Source of the DNA: Rhina ancylostomus
Taxonomy: Eukaryota
Direction: 5' to 3'
DNA: 64,000 nucleotides
Assembly (NCBI GenBank): GCA_030265395.1
Contig: JARFYF010000053.1
Span: 36,939,321-37,003,320, forward strand
Part shown: positions 48,771 through 62,350 of the stretch, piece after piece
Position numbering within the stretch: position 1 is the stretch's first letter
How the letters are laid out: each line of letters starts with the position of its first letter
The notes under the pieces: model-generated
Databases searched by the model: none
What the model was told of the DNA's origin: nothing
Seen by the model: the letters and a program-made list of their open reading frames with translations, nothing else
Translations under genes and position numbers: made by a program

Positions 48771-50639
48771 GTAAGTGGCTATGATGTTTCGTGATATCCG
48801 AAATCTTGTTTTGATATATATTATTTCATTTTCTGCATGAAAAAATGTATATGACCTATAAACACAACCTTGATTCCCCCGAATTAACTCTACAATCTTC
48901 TATGCCGCTATTGCTCAAAATAAACTTTGATTTGAAACAGGTTCACTGAATTCACAATCAGTTCACTGCCTTTTGTGCAGCATCTGAAAATGTGTATGAA
49001 TCCGCTTTATTAAGTTTTGACAGCGCTTGTCACCACAGTATTCTACCCATTAATTTCATGTGAACTTTATCGTTTATTATTAAAAAATGCGTGCCCCTGC
49101 TAAAATTAAAATGCGACAGTATCTTGAAACATAAAGATTAGATAAGAGCAGAAAGAAGAAGAATCTGTAGAGAATGAAATGGAATCATCGTTTTGCTTCG
49201 ATCCCTTTTCATTCGACCTGAGAACAAAACAAAGAATTATGGAACCTTTGATCTCTATAAAGAAAGGAAAAAGTGGAAGCGATGAAAAATAAGTCCTGTG
49301 ATCTCCAGAAAAATAATGGAGTATGACAAAAACTAGTTGAAGGTGTTGGGTAAGATACGTGTAAAGGCCAGTAAATAGCACGAGGTGCAAATAAGAGAGA
49401 CAGCTGAATTAGAGCAGACGACAGAAATCTGATAGATGAAAAGGGGAAGGAATATGAACAGATACTAAAAGTGTGATGTGCTTGTGCGGAACGACAAATT
49501 ATATGGAGTGGCAGGATTAGTAGTTTGTCCCGTAGGAATGTTCCTTCCCCACTCCGACCTCTCAACCAAGGTTGCGTCTCCCTTTGTTCGCCATTCCAGC
49601 CCCCGTTACCTAGATTCGTACCTAGATGGGTGGATTCTGTTTCCACCCATCAACTGCCAGACTCTATCTCTAAACTTCCCGCTACCCATGTCTCCCTCTG
49701 CCCATAATTCCCCACCTAATCTCTCTCCACCTATGGTCTACCAGCCCCCAGTGCCAACTATTCTTCTCACTGCTTTTTACAGTATATCTTCCCTCAATAA
49801 CTGCTTGACCCGCTGAGTTCATCCCTCAGTTTATTTCTACTCCAGTTACTAGCATATGCAGTCCCTTACAGCTCGATTTTATGAACATGCTGCACTTCCT
49901 TCTTGTGTCCTGAACAATGTCAAATGACACGGCAGACCAGAAGTTATTGTTCCCCTAATTTTCATTGGGAACAATGAACGAAGTCAATCGCTTGGTCAGA
50001 TTGCGTCTCGAATGGATAACTGAAGTGATTCTTCTTGGTGAGCGATAATATTGCGTTTGTCCTTTTGGTGAACAAAGCACAAAGGAAAGAAAGGTTCAGT
50101 GTAAAACCGAAGATCATGTTCGGCAAAATAATTATAAGTGTATGTAGGGGCTCGATTTCCATGGTTACTCCAATACATTGGAGTTTCCTTTGGACGAACG
50201 ATGTTTACTTCTTCCAAGAAACTTGCACTGACTTGTCATCTCTGAACAATAGTATATCCCAACGAGTCCAGAAGTCGTGGTTTGATACATCGCTGTTGTT
50301 TTCAAATCTTCCCAAGTAAGTGAGGCTTTCAAATTGCAACCATTAACATTTCGTGCGAAAGCACTAATTTGACAAATTTTGAATGTGCCTTCAGTTTAAA
50401 GGCAACGAGGGATGGATAAGAAATGGTGGCAAAGTCCTTTGAATTTATCGGCTGTTTTTTTATCTGGGAATTAATTATCCCAATGTAGCAAGCGTAGATA
50501 AGCGATTCGGGGTTCTATGCGTATTAAATGAATATCGAGTNNNNNNNNNNNNNNNNNNNNNNNNNNNNNNTCCATTGTATGCCAAGGATATTTTTATCAT
50601 TATTTTTTATGGTTCTATGAAGAATTGGGTGTTTTCCGG

Positions 50640-52980
50640 AGTGGTACCAGGATATAAGGTCAAACATATGACCAAAATATCGGTGGGGCAAAATTTTGGA
50701 TACAGTGATCAGTGATCCTTCTAGAAAAAGACTTTGGTTAACTTTCGAAAAGGAGGATTTGAAAGAAAACTATAAATAAATGATTACAAGAAGGCCAATT
50801 TAAGTGGAATGAGTGTAGAATTGACCCAGGAAAATTGGATGTAAACGTTACCTGAACGACCTGTGGCAGATCTTGAAGAAGAGGTGATTTTTGTACAATT
50901 GGGGCACATTCCCAAAGAAGACCAAACGAATCACGATCTCCCTCGGTGTCAAAACTGATACAGAGCGAGATAAAGTAAAATAAGCAGCTTAGGTGATAGA
51001 AGGGTGGAAGTTGTAGAGAGAAACAATCTTCTTGCAAAGGAATCAGAGAATAACTGATAATTGAAATAAGGGAGACAAAGTAAGCCTATGCGAAATAATT
51101 AACTGACAACGTAGGTGAAAATAGAAGTGTATTTATATCGAAATGTAAATGGTAAAGTTGCAGAAAATGACGGAGTACGGACATTCAAGGCAAATATCAT
51201 ATGAGATGTGAGGATATTGCTAAAATATGAAATGAGAATTTAGGAGAAGAATTTACCTCCAAAGCAAACAAGACAGGGAGAGTTAAAATACGAGATACGC
51301 AGAGTTATTTAAAAAGCCTGATAAATAAAAATAGAACCGTTTAGGAGAAGAATTTACCTCCAAAGCAAACAAGACAGGGAGAGTTAAAATACGAGATACG
51401 CAGAGTTACTTAAAAAGCCTGATAAATAANNNNNNNNNNNNNNNNNNNNNNNNNNNNNNNNNNNNNNNNNNNNNNNNNNNNNNNNNNNNNNNNNNNNNNN
51501 NNNNNNNNNNNNNNNNNNNNNNNNNNNNNAGTTACTTAAAAAGCCTGATAAATAAAAACAGAACCGTAAAGTAAATCACAAGGATATGTCCTTGGATTTT
51601 CAGTGAAATATTGGAGGAGCATGTGACGATACTGACAAGAATTGTTTGCTGTCTTTGGATACTGCAGACGATAATCTCAGCACGGCGGAATAGTCACCTT
51701 AAACTTTGGAATGGAGAGCTTTTCATAAATATTGATCCGAGAGGGATTTATAGTCATACAGAGATAAATGGAGTCATTAAAGCAATCCGAGTCGGCACAG
51801 ATTTGTTCAAAACAAGTTGGGTTTAATGAACTCAGTAGTATGTTTTGATGAAGTAACCATTGTTAATGGAAATAGTGTAAGTGGAGTGGTATTCAGATAT
51901 TCCCAGAAAATGCTTCATAAACTAATGCATGAACAGCTTGAGAAAAAAAAGCTGAAGAATATGACGTTAAAGTTGCATTGATTACAAACATAGGAAGTTT
52001 TCTGAGGCAAAGACATGGAGATTTGTTGTGAATGGTTGTTTTCCTACTAGAAGTCCTGTAGGTTGAGGATTTATTTTAGGGTGATTGCTTCTGTTGATTT
52101 CAATTATTGACGCAGACTTCAGGATGAAAGACTTTTCTTAATTTTTTTGATGACACAAATGTCGTTGTTTTGTGAAATATGGTCTGCATAGCGACAGGTT
52201 ATGTACAGGCTGGTGAAATGGGCAGAGGCATGGCAGATAAATTTAAGTGGGGAGAAATGTGAGGGGTTCCGTATGTGGGACGAATGAGGAGAGTAAGTAC
52301 AAAGTAAGGATACTCTTCTGAACGATGTGCATAAACATCCTGACTTGGAGACATGAATGCACAAATCATCCAAACTATCATGGCAGATTGGAATACATGA
52401 ATAAGGCATATACAACGTGGGGTTCAACCAACATAGACATGGAGGGTTCAACCAACATAGACATGGATTAGAAAAAAAAAGTTGGAAGATATGCTGATCG
52501 TCTTTTTTAATACTGGTTCCCTTTCAACTTGATGTACTATGTTCAAGATGCCAGTTGAGGGAGAACCAGAGTTTTGTAAAATTTCCAGTCGATACATTTC
52601 ATGGAGAATGTGAAGGCATTAGAGAGGGTTCGGAAAATGTATATTCCATTGGTTTCTTGTAGACTGGAATTTTAACCTGTAAAAATAGAAGTTGTTGGAA
52701 TTATAAAGAGCCAAAACTGCATGGAAAATGAACATACCCATTTCTGGGGGAAAAAATGGCACAGTAAAACCAAAACTGAAGATATGTTTCATGATATCTT
52801 TAATATNNNNNNNNNNTATTGAAAAATATCTTCAATTTTGGTTTTACTGTGCCAAAATGTGTATTTGAAGGGCCCCGATGTGCATATATACAGATCATCT
52901 GCTGTAATATAGGAAAAGACTTGTGGCGCTTTTGAGGTGCATCGACGTATGGCCAAATGATTAAACGATGTTGCAACTGT
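50640..52980 (+). mobile_element. Very old CR1 remnant inside the gene B intron (paralogous to 60340-62350)
   Basis: Contains the RT remnant LVKWAEAWQINLSGEKCE and shares long matches with the second copy (e.g. ttgcttctgttgatttcaattattgacg). Confidence 0.6.
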
Positions 52981-54003
52981 TCTGTGATCCATGATTTAAT
53001 CCTTCTTTGATCACACCGTCCTCGGTCTCTTGACTGTTCAATTTTACTTCCCTATTCCATTCCCCGGCATTCTTATTTGAAATAATCTGTCTATGGTCTT
53101 TGTATCGCAGGTAAAGCCATCATGGATTATCCATTCCTAAATGCCCTTGAACAGATCGCTGATTGCTTGAACATCCGCAATCGTTCTGGTGAAGATATTT
53201 CATCAGTTCTGTTGTTCAGGGAATTCCCGGAATTGGACTCAACAGTGGTGAAAAACTAGTAATGTATTTTGAAGGCAGGAATGTACGTAATTTGGAGTAA
53301 AATGCAAGTATTGGTGACTCGTGTACATGTTGTCCTGGCTCTTTGTTGTCGGAGAGATTGTTCCACTTGAGTTGGCTTTTGGAGGGGCCTGGGCGAGTAA
53401 CAGCACGCATTTTGCATTTGGTACATACTGCAGCCACTTTACGCAGGTTATGTGGTTGATGGGGTGCAAATCAAATGAAGTCCTTTGTTCCGGATCGTCC
53501 CGATCACTTTGATAATTGTTGCAAAACTCCCGTTCTGGGAAGGGTTGAATCACATTCGTTCATCTCAACAAGGAAGCAGATTTGACGAATTCAGGAAGTC
53601 AGTCACTTGCTGCAGGAGACACAGACTCCGACGTTAACCATGGCCACCAGGTAGCGAGTGCTTTGCCCTATGCTCGGTACTAATCCAATCTAGCCGCTCA
53701 ATATTGTACTGGGAAAATTTAGACTTACTCAGCTCAGATTTAGAGCGGGAGGAATGTATTAAGTAATGATAAATGTAGCGCCTAACATTGTATTTTAACA
53801 GTTTTTAAAATCACTTGGAAGAGGTTGGCTTTTATTTATTAGTTCACATTCGTCCCACTTCCATTGATACTCCTTTGAGTCTGGTTTTATATTGTTAACT
53901 ACGGAAAATTCTCTCTATAACCCAGTCTTTGCTGTATGGGGTAAGATACGAGACTGTTTGATCAGTAATATCATTTATTTTCTTCTTTTGTTTAATTTTG
54001 CAG

Positions 54004-54914
54004 TAAATTTAGTGGCGATTGTGATCCTATCCCGAGGTAAATGTGGACTCTCATCGTGCACCACTCGCTACCTGGTGGCCATGGCAGCTGCTGATCTGCT
54101 GACCATAATTACTGAGGTCTTTCTCTGGAGGATCAGTTATTATTACTTTCCAGGAACATTCCTCGAGATCACCCCAGTGTGCAGTATTATCCTTGTCCTG
54201 AGTCGTGCATGCACCAATTCCTCTGTTTGGTTCACTGTCGCCTTCACCTTTGATCGATTTGTTGCCATTTGTTGCCAGAAACTGAAACTGAAATACTGCA
54301 CCGAGGAAACTGCAACTGTGGTTCTGGGAACAGTAGGTTCTCTGCTCTTCGTAAAAAACATACCCTGGTACTTTACTCTGAAGTCTTGGACAATAATTGA
54401 CAATGTACCGTGGGGCTGTTACAATAAGCCAAGTTATTATTATGAGCCGGGCTGGGTGGGATTTGACTGGTTTGACACAGTTTTAACTCCTTTTGTCCCG
54501 TTTGCTTTAATCTTGTTGTTCAACGCTCTGACAGTCAGACATATTTTAGTGGCCAGCCAAGTGCGCAAAGGGCTAAAGGGCCAAAGCAATGCGGAGAATC
54601 GCAATGACCCGGAGTTGGAGAGTAGGAAGAGGTCTATAATTTTGCTCTTCGCTCTATCCGGTAGCTTCATACTATTGTGGCTGGTATATGTTCTTTATTT
54701 CATATATTATACAATTACAGGGAAAGATCGCAGTGATTATAACGAATCAGAATATATATTCCGGCAAGCTGGAACTTTGCTCCTGAATTTAAATTGTTGC
54801 ACAAACACATTTGTGTATGGAGTGACCCAATCCAAATTCAGGGAAGAGCTAAAGAATGGGGTGAAATATCCAATCATTTGGATTGTTCATTTAATTAATA
54901 AACAGCGCAACTAA
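54004..54914 (+). CDS. GPR139/GPR142-like class A GPCR, gene B, exon 2
   Basis: Polypyrimidine tract and ttttgcag|TA acceptor. Open frame VNLVAIVILSRGKCGLSSCTTRYLVAMAAADLL..SVWFTVAFTFDRFVAIC..KYCTE..TPFVPF..ESRKRS..CCTNTFVY. Joined CDS is 978 nt = 325 aa. Confidence 0.93.
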
Positions 54915-57349
54915 GTTCCGCTGTAGCTCTGTTTTGGATGAAATTGTGGTTGCAAAAAAAGTCACAGAAAAACTGAAGAAGAGACGCAATCGCCTCGAAA
55001 GGAAGAACAAATTTGAAGTGGTAGCATCTGCGTTCTGGGAACTCTGCTAGAAAGATAACGGCTCCAGACAGTCAACAACAAATACTATGGATGAAGTGCT
55101 GATAACTGGGATGAATATCGACTGGTACTTAATTGTTTGCATAGATGTGGTGAGCAAAAGGAACAGCTTATGTGCAATATGTCTCACTGACTCTAATTAC
55201 ATAATAAAAGCCTGTAAACAATGCTAGGCCGAACATACACGGCACATCAGACCACGAAGTAGCTCAAATTAATCCAGCTGCACAGAGCCATAAGAACTAT
55301 GAAACTAATCGGATACCTCAAACTCAAAGCACCTTCAACGCATTAAATGTCTCAAATCTGTTCACTGTGTTAAAGTCATAAAACATTTCAAGTTAATTAA
55401 CTCAGTATTACACTAACTTTTAATAATAAACCCCCATACTTATAAAACAGCATAGCAACATGGTCATTAATGTAACTTCTTCCTGCATCTTATAGCTGTC
55501 AAGTTAACACTCAAGGTTTAATGCAAGAGGTTCCCGAGGCCTATAAAGGACATTGCTAATGTATGTGCTCACTGTGAAAGAGCCTTAAGGTAATGCCAAA
55601 AGTTAACCGCGTAATGCTCTGTGAGATAATACAGAAATACCAATGCAGGAGTTGTAACCGTTAATACATATCTGTAGACAGAAAATAAAACATCTAACCA
55701 CGTGGCATGATAGACCATTGAACTCATTCACAAAGATGTTGCAGCTAGGTAAGGCCTCAAGTCTTAAATAAATAAAACACATAAGGCTTATGAAGCGCAT
55801 CAAACAGTGCACGGCGGCAAATGGTAATGCATCAAACCTGTAGAGGAAATGGAAATAAAATCACAAAGCAGAAAATAATATTACTCCACGGTAAGAGAAA
55901 CCAATCAAACATGTGCAGGAATTCAAGCAGATTTAATACGAAATAGCATAAGGATTCTTGCATCGAAAACATCTGAAATTAATACAGCACCACTTATCCA
56001 GAGTGCTTTCAAATAATACATCATAGCAGATAAATTAACTGCAGCCAATTCCAAACACCAGAAGATGTCAGCAGCTTAATCATCATACCCAGAGTGGACA
56101 GCAACCCATGACACGACCATTATATGACCGCTGAACTATTAAGTACTTCAAGCACACATACAAAACACAGAAATATGAAATATCAGATAGTCCCTCTTCA
56201 GATCATTTTTCAAGTCAGAAACGATGCTTGATTCATAAAACACCTGAAACAATCCAACAGTTTAAACGATTTAAGCGTACGTAAGTTTCTGAAATAAATG
56301 CAGCAGCTAGGGACAAGAAACAAACGCAATATATTACCTCAATTCATATTGTTGTAACTTAAACGTAATCCAGAACGCTAGGCCAGAAAAAAGCTCCTTC
56401 ATCATACAACGTCCTTTTGACCAAGAAACAGCAAAATCATGGCAGGCATATATGTTAACTGAAAACAACATATCATGGCAGACCAAAAGACGTTTCTCAA
56501 AATAACACATCTCCGATGAAAAGTAATAAATATATTAAACGTTATTCAGATTATCACAGATGTTGCGAACGAAAACGTATTGCATGATGTACCAGCAGCT
56601 CTGAATCACAAAGCACGCAATGCAGCTACAGCTGCAGCGAACAGCAAGTCACCTCGAAGTAATCAGCATCTCAGAATATAAATATATCTGCAGACGGAAT
56701 ATATAAGCCACATTAATAAAACGCCAAATATCGAAGAAGTGCCTCAAAATAAAAAGGTAACAGAACATGCAGAGCCCTGAACGAGCGCACCATAACTGTA
56801 CTGAAAAATGCATAAAGCTGCTCCAACTCAGTCTCCTTAAAGTATAGAATAATAAAATAGAATCAGGGAACTATATATGTCCTCTCGGTTTCCAATATGC
56901 AATCACAACAAAACGGAAATTTTGAGTGTATTCCGACCTGTGAAACAAAATAGGTTGAGCAAATCAGACCCATAAAGGACCTAAATATACTGCTAACTCT
57001 CACACCAAATAGTATGTGAAATTACCACAGATTCAAAAGTAAGTAATGAAGAATGCAGATGGTATATGTCCTTCATTTCAAGAAGTTTTCAATATACGGG
57101 CATGGATACAATGTTTCATTTCTACAGGGTTTTTCTGAGTCCACAGAATGTGTATTCCATGCAGTTTTAGGATCATTACCTGGACGCTATTGAAACATCT
57201 TACCCTGGTAGGTTTGCATGTTTCATTAAAATACCCTCTAATTTTTCAACCTCCAGCAAGTATAAGCCCAACGATCTACCTAACAACGGCGAGACGTGCA
57301 GCAACAGCCCTTCATTATTGTTCTGATGACGTTGCGCTGCACTCGAAGT

Positions 57350-59700
57350 CTTAGAAACATACAGCACAGACACAGGTCCTTCGCCACAACTGGTCCATGC
57401 CGCTCAAGATGTCCCCATCCAAACCTGTCCCATTCGCTAGCATTTCACCGATAACTTTCTGAAACTTTCCAATCCAGCTACCTGTCCAACCGTCTTTAAA
57501 CGTGTTATTTACCTGCCTCAACCACTTCCAATGGCATCTAGTTCCGCATGCATACCACCCTTTGTGTAAAAAAAAGTTGAACCTCAAGTTTCTCTTAGGT
57601 CTTCCGCCTCTCACTTTAAACCTCTGCCGTCTAGATCTTTATTCCCCAGTTCTGGGAAAATGACGGAGCTTATTCACCCTATCTACATCCCGCATGATTG
57701 CACGTACATCTATGATATCACTTTTCAGTCTCCTGCGCTTGATGGAATAAAGTCCTAGCCTGTAAAACTTCTCGAAGTAACTCATTCCTCAAGCCCTGGC
57801 AACATCCTTGTAAGTCTTTCCTCCACGCTTTCCAGTTTAATAACATATATTCCAGTTAAGGGCGACCAAAACTGAACACACAAGTCCAAATGCGGCCTCA
57901 CCAGCGTTGCGTACGACGGCAACATGAATTCCCAACTTTTAACTCAATGCCCTGACTTATGAAGGCCAGCGTGTCAAAAGCCTTCTTCACCACCCTGTCT
58001 ACCTGTGACCACAATTTCAGTGACCCATTCACTTGTACTCTAAGGTCTGTCTCTTCTACAACTCACCTCAGCGTCCTGTCGTTCACTGTGGAAGTCCAAC
58101 CTGGATTTGACTTTCAAAAATGCAAGACATCGTACTTAACCTAATTAAACTCCATTTGTCACCCCTCGGACCACTTACTCAGATGACTAATATCCTAGTA
58201 TATTTTTTGATAACCATCATTACGCACTATCTAACCTGCGAACTTACTGACCATGTCTTCTCCGTTCTTATCCAAATCGTTGACATGGATGACAAACAAC
58301 AGTAACAGGACCGACCCCTGAGCAACAACACTAATCACAGGCCTCTAGTCAGAGATGCAACCTTCCACCTTCACCCTCTGCTTTTAAATTGTAAATCCAA
58401 TCAGCTCACTCTTCCTGGATTCCATGCCATCTAATCTATATCAGTCTACTACGTATAACCTTCTCAAATGCCTCACTGAAGTCCATATAAACCACGTCTA
58501 GCGCCATGCCATCATCAACTTATTGAGTCACGTCATGAAAAAAACACAATAAAGTTTTTACTTGCTGTCACTGACTACTGCATCGCTGTCCAGCCTATCA
58601 TTCGACTCCCTGATGCTTGGGATCCAATGCACCCTGAAAATCCAATTTAAACCAACTTTAGTAGCACTAGTAAATCTTCCTGCCAGGATATTAGTCCCAC
58701 TCCAGTTCTGGTGCTACCTGAACCTCTTGTACAGGTCACCTCTACAGCAGAAGAGATCCCAGTAGTCGAAAAATCGGAATCCTTGCCTCCTACGCCAATT
58801 TTTCAGCCATGCATTCATTTGCCATATTCGGCTATTCTTATTCTCACAGCACCTGACACTGTAAGTAATCCAGAGATTACTACCCTAGGGTTCCTGCTTT
58901 TTAATTTCTTCCCTCGCTCCTAGATTCACTCCGCAGGAGCGCATCAATTTCTCTCCTATGTCATTTGTGCCAACGTGCACGATGACTTCCGGCTGCTCCC
59001 CTTGAGAATGATCTGTAGCCGCTCCAAGACATCCTTGAACTTGGTACTAGCGAGGGAACACAGCATCCCGGAGTCCATTTTGCGGCTACAGTATCTCATA
59101 TCCGCCCTCTAACCATCAAGTTCTCAGTGACTCTAGTCCTCCTGCCGTCATCCTTTTTTGCTGAGCCTCAGAGCCATTCCTGGTACCACGGACCTGGCTA
59201 CTGAGCCTTCTATTGAAAGGTCATCCCCCCAACAGTATCCTACACGGTATGCTTGTTTTCGAGGAGAATAACCACAGAGAAAGCCTGCACTATCTGCCTA
59301 CTCCATTTTCCTTTCCTGGTGGTTACCCAAATACTTTCTGCCTGTACCTTAGGTGTGACCAGCTCGCTTAAACGCATCTATGAAACTCACAGCATCTCGT
59401 ATGATCCTGAGTGCGTCCAACTCCTTCACGTGGTCAGTCATGAGGTGCAGGTGGACACACTTCGCGCAAGTGAATTCTTCAGGGAGGCTGGAAGTCTCCC
59501 TGATCTCCTGTGTGCTGCAGAAGAAACATGCCACTGCACGAACCGTCCTCTGAATGCCCTAAAGCTAAAAGTCAAATTCAAGGAACTTTACCTGCAACTC
59601 CGTCGAAGACTCGCGAGTCAAAGCCTCTAAACGTATTACTCAAACACTGGACCGCTCCGGAATGGCTGCTTCACTAGAGCCCGCTTTCCTTTTTATTGGC
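57350..59700 (-). mobile_element. CR1-type LINE with ORF1 (zinc finger and esterase remnant) and the RT 3' half, internally deleted
   Basis: ORF1 CFFCSTQEIRETSSLPEEFTCAKC..LMTDHVKEL..LRIIR at 59349-59534 and esterase-like VIVHVGTND at ~58960-58985. The 3' tail at ~57350 begins tagaaacatacagcacag. Confidence 0.85.
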
Positions 59701-59944
59701 TGAAGTGTCTCACAATAAGTCTAAAAGAATGTTTATTTTTCCGAAAAGCTCCACTGATCACTCAAATAAGTTTGTTTTTAGTCTGCTGCTCCATCTCTTA
59801 CTTCTCACGAATTCGAAATGAGCACCGTAATGGCTTGTCTTTAAACTTGCAACTGCTGCTCCGGCTACTGCCTCTAGCCATCTCAGAAAGTGTGAAACTG
59901 TTTGGAGAAACACGGTGAAGTTTATGCACCTGTAGTCATTTCAC

Positions 59945-60232
59945 AGAAACATAGAAAAACTAAAGCAGAATTCAGGCCCACCGGCCCACAAAGCTGTGCC
60001 GAACGTCCCTAAATTAGAAATTACTAGGCTTACCCATAACCCTCTATTTTACTCAGCTCCATATACCTATCTAACAGTCTCTTGAAAGACGCATCATATA
60101 ATATACCTTTATCGGGTTCCCCCTCATCCTCTGTCTCTCCAAAGAGAAAAGGCCGAGTTCCCTCAACCTGCTTTCATAAGGCATGCTCCGTATTCCAGGC
60201 AGCATCCTTGTAAATCTCCTCTGCACCCTTTC
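59945..60232 (-). mobile_element. CR1 3' fragment
   Basis: Starts acagaaacatagaaaa..ggcccacaaagctgtgcc. It contains RT-end sequence reading RVQRRFTRMLPG on the minus strand. Confidence 0.75.
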
Positions 60233-60339
60233 NNNNNNNNNNNNNNNNNNNNNNNNNNNNNNNNNNNNNNNNNNNNNNNNNNNNNNNNNNNNNNNNNNNN
60301 NNNNNNNNNNNNNNNNNNNNNNNNNNNNNNNNGCTAATA

Positions 60340-62350
60340 CAATATTTTAGTTAGCAATGGGAAAAGGGAGATTCAAAAGAAATGTAAAGAAATAATTAAT
60401 CGGAATAGGGTTGATTTCAAAGGAACGAGTGCGGAATTAACTCAGCAAAATTGGACATAAATGTTAACAAACAAAATGGGGCAGGTCGAGTGACGGTTTT
60501 TGAAGAATAGTTATTTTTGGTACAGTTGGGATACAATCCCAAGGAAGAGCATATTAATCAAGATCGGTGACGAAACAGATACAGAGGGAGACAGCAAAAC
60601 AAATAGCGTTGGAGCTGTGCTGATGTATGTGGTGGATATAACCAGGCTTATTGCAAAAGAATCAGAGAGGAACTGAAAATTCAAATGAAAGAGACAAAGA
60701 GAATGTATGAGAATTAATTAAATGACAACATACGTCGAAGAGTACTTCTATCGCAATATCAATGCTAAAGTTGCATGCATGACGGAGTAGCAGTTCTTAC
60801 GGATATTAAAGGCAAATTTCATCGGAGTTTTGAGGCTGTTGATAAAATAGTAAGTGAGAACTTTGCGTCTCTCTTCGGGAGAAGCGTTTATCTCTGAGGC
60901 AAACGTCAAGACAGAGAAAGACGAAATAAGAGACGTGTTGAAAAGTACAGCACGGGGTTATTGGAAGCGTTTGTTGAATTAAAAAGAAAAAGTTCAGGTT
61001 CAGGAAAGCCAGCGGAAACCGTTAGGATATATGCTCAGATATTCAGGGAAATAAAGAAGAAACACGAGACTATCCTTTTTATGACCTATTACAGTTATTT
61101 AGATACTGAGGACGACTGGAGAGTGGCAAATGTAATTTCCTTGTTCAAAAAGAGGGCGGGGATAATGCCAGCAACGTGAGTCAGTCATGTTAAATTTCAG
61201 AGTGGGGAAGTATTCAGAAAAAAAATTGGGATTTTTAGTCATTTGGAAGTAAATGGATTCATGAAGACAAACCCAGTCGACACAAGTATTCTTCGGGCAA
61301 ATTATGTTTAATCACCTCAGTGTGTAATATTGATCAGATCACCGTTGAGTTAATGAGAGTAATTCAAGCGGTATATAATACTGATAGCTCCAGAAAGTGT
61401 TTTGTAAGTTAAAGCATTAACAGCTTAAGAGTAAAACTGAAGAACATGACGGAGAAGTTGCATTGATAATAACCGTAGGAGTTTTTTAATAAATAGACAT
61501 AGAGAATTGTTTTGAATGGCTGCTTTCCGACTGGAAGAAGGTAAGGAGTCGTGGAGGTTGGGATTTATTTTAGGATTATTGCTTCTGTTGATTTCAATTA
61601 TTGACGTAGTCTTGTGGATGCAAGTCTTCATTTTAATTTGCAGATGTAAATTATTGCCGTTATGTGAAGTGTAGTTCGGATAGCGACAGGTTATGTACAG
61701 GCTGCCGTTTGTGGAAGGAATAAGGAGCATAAGTACAAAATAAGAATACTCTTCTGAACGAAGTGTAGACAAATCGGATCTCGAAGGTATGTGTGCACAA
61801 ATCATCGAGCACGTCAGGGCAAATTGAAATAGTTATGAACAAGGCATATGCAATCAAACGTCTGGAAGATCTGCTGAAAATTTATAAAACTCTGGTTCCC
61901 TCTCAACTTGAAGTAATGTGCTCAAGACTTCAGTTGAGAGAAAACCAGGGTTTTATAGAACTTCCGGTCGATAACGTTTGTGGGGGCAGTAGAGATGATT
62001 CAGAAAAGGGGTGCATGAAAATGTTTCTTTGGAGATTGAAAGTTTAATTTTAACAGCAGAAATTGGTGGGATTATAAAGAGCCAAGAAACACATATCCAT
62101 TTGCTGAGGCGAGAAAAATTAAAATGTCTCGTGAAAAAATCGTAAGGCGGAGGTTGGAGAAGAGACGTAAAATAGTAATATCTCTCAGAGGCCGATAGTG
62201 ACCTGAAACTTTCTACCTGATATCGAAAAATAGCCGTTTAACTCTGCCGAAATGTTATTTGAACAGCTGTGATCTACGGATTTGCAGATCATTCGCTGGA
62301 ATATAAGAAATAGTGCGTGGCATTTATTCAAGCAGCATCAACTCATGACC
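60340..62350 (+). mobile_element. Old CR1 remnant (paralogous to 50640-52980)
   Basis: EDDWRVANVISLFKK and LLKIYKTLV..QLE motifs. Confidence 0.7.

Noticed and set aside
51240-51570. ~100-bp near-perfect tandem repeat (and a 24-bp one at ~52420-52470)
   Set aside because: The long repeat flanks an N gap within old CR1 sequence and is likely a contig overlap. The short one is a trivial slippage.
53892-54003. N-terminal extension of ORF 53892..54914
   Set aside because: It starts at a non-ATG codon and runs through the polypyrimidine tract, so it is intronic.
55200-56900. A-rich stretch downstream of gene B
   Set aside because: No periodicity, ORF or recognisable motif was found by eye.
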